Assembly (NCBI GenBank): GCA_964187785.1
Contig: OZ076409.1
Coordinates: 21,144,001-21,208,000 of the forward strand
DNA: 64,000 nt
Source of the DNA: Amphiscolops sp. MND2022
Lineage: Eukaryota
Direction of reading: 5' to 3'
Notes under the pieces: model-generated
Databases searched by the model: none
Told to the model about the DNA's origin: nothing
Seen by the model: only the letters and a program-made list of their open reading frames with translations
Shown: in pieces, positions 62,481-64,000 of the stretch
Numbering within the stretch: position 1 is the stretch's first letter
Layout of the letters: each line of letters starts with the position of its first letter
Position numbers and translations under genes: made by a program

Positions 62481-64000
62481 TTATGGAGGACAATTTAAAG
62501 TCCTTAGTAGTAGTTAATCTTGGGACAAGTTAAAGTGTTCAGGACTTTAAATTGGCATTTTAAATTGGAAGTGACAAAAAAACAACAGTGGAAGAACTTA
62601 ATAGAACAAAAATAGGCTAAAACGTAAGAAAAGGTCCCAAAACGTAAAAAGAATGTATTTGGAGATTTTTTTCTTTCGTCAGAAAGTAAGTATTAAGAAA
62701 AAATTTTCGAGGACAACTTAAACATAATTTGTAGCATGAGGACAATATAAAGACAACAAAATTTAAATTGGTATGTCGAACAATCGTGGTAGCAACAACT
62801 GGGTGGGACAAAGAATCCCTAGCATTTAGTTCAAAAACACATTTTTCGTTAATTTTTGCACCAATGTTGGTAATAACGAAAATGTCGGGAACAAGTGGTT
62901 GCTATGATACATTCACAACAAAATATCACTTTTCCCAGTATAATGTAATTTTAAAGAGGCTCTCAGTTAGGGGATCACATAGTGTCGCCCATAACAAGAC
63001 CCACGTCGAGAACGTGGCCTCTGGAGGGTCTCACTGAATCAAAGAAATTAGATGGTAATGAGATTTATGGGTAATCACTCCCTTTATAGTTTAGTTATGA
63101 GACGAATCTGCATCCTGCCTGTCAGTAATTATTTGATCGAGGATCAATTTTTAATTTCCCATACCACGAGGCCGCTTGGGATAAAATAGAGTTCATTGAA
63201 AAGTGCTTTGAAACATCGTTTATTTGAAAAATTCTTACCTGAGAGAATGGAGCGATTGGCGAATGCGGCAGCCAATCAAACTTGAGCATGAAAAAATTTC
63301 AAGCTTTTTTCATAAAAACATCAAAAAAGTCAATAAAACGAAATTCTTAGGTTAGGGGGTTCTACCTCCCAGGTACTGCGTTCAATGACAAATCGAATGG
63401 TACCTACCCCCCATCTGTATCTTTTCTGTGTGCGGATAAATTAAAAAGTAATTTAAAAAATATTCAAAAATTCAGAAAATCTCAATTATTTTTTTCAAAA
63501 AACAACAAAGTGGTTAAAATAAAATTCCCAGGTTGGAGGGTTCCATTTCCTAGGTACTGCATTCAATGACAAATCGAATGGTACCAACCCCCCATCTGTA
63601 TCTTTCCTGTGTGTAAAGAAATTAACAAAACAATTTTGAAAAAATATTCAGAAAAAATGGGTTCGCATAAGTTTGGCAGTTTCTAATTCTGAGAAATGTA
63701 GAACTCAGCAACTAATTTTAGACGTTTGTAATGCGGAAAAGAATTCAACTAATTTTAGACGTTTGTAATGCGAGAAAGAATTCAACTAATTTTAGACGTT
63801 TGTAAGGCGAAAAAGAATTCAACTAATTTTAGGCGTTTGTAATGCGAAAAAGAATTCAACTATTTTTAGACGTTTGTAATGCGACGCAGAGTTTAACTAA
63901 TTTTAGACGTTTGTAATGCGAAAAAGAATTCAACTAATTTTAGACTGTTATCATGGGCAGTCACGTCATTTATAATTCAGTTACGAAACGATTTCATTCA
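62481..64000. mobile_element. Element C: second, diverged member of the element A family; runs off the window end
   Basis: 62481-62835 matches 48079-48432 and 62955-63034 matches 48593-48672; shares internal modules with A. Confidence 0.88.

Noticed and set aside
48076..63034. A and C starts as LTRs or DIRS-type repeats of one large element
   Set aside because: A has its own inverted right end at 53287 and B has its own TIRs; no TG...CA ends, PBS or RT between them.

Overview
AT-rich, repeat-dense animal (invertebrate-type) genomic DNA with spliceosomal introns; the species cannot be determined from sequence. All coordinates and matches were read by eye. From left to right: (1) the 5' five coding exons of a minus-strand host LRR+Ig (LRIG-like) gene, 563-4229. 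(2) A 5'-truncated CR1/L2-type LINE interrupted by a 15.4-kb Gypsy LTR retrotransposon (6779-22151, 2.04-kb LTRs, TSD TTGAC). Its gag begins inside the LTR, and it carries an intron-containing antisense gene with a BED-like zinc finger plus a further sense ORF. (3) A graveyard of relics: CRE-like, BEL/Pao and LINE fragments, MITEs, a solo LTR and a second Gypsy fragment. (4) From 48034, a head-to-tail stack of three DNA elements, each inserted into a (GTA)n microsatellite. All three start TTAT, and the two complete ones end CAA and have imperfect ~23-24-bp terminal inverted repeats. The middle one (53309-62447) encodes an intact ~1024-aa SET-domain + C2H2 zinc finger + tyrosine-recombinase fusion and carries a decayed intron-containing polyubiquitin fragment. 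This microsatellite-targeting SET-recombinase system is the most interesting feature of the window.
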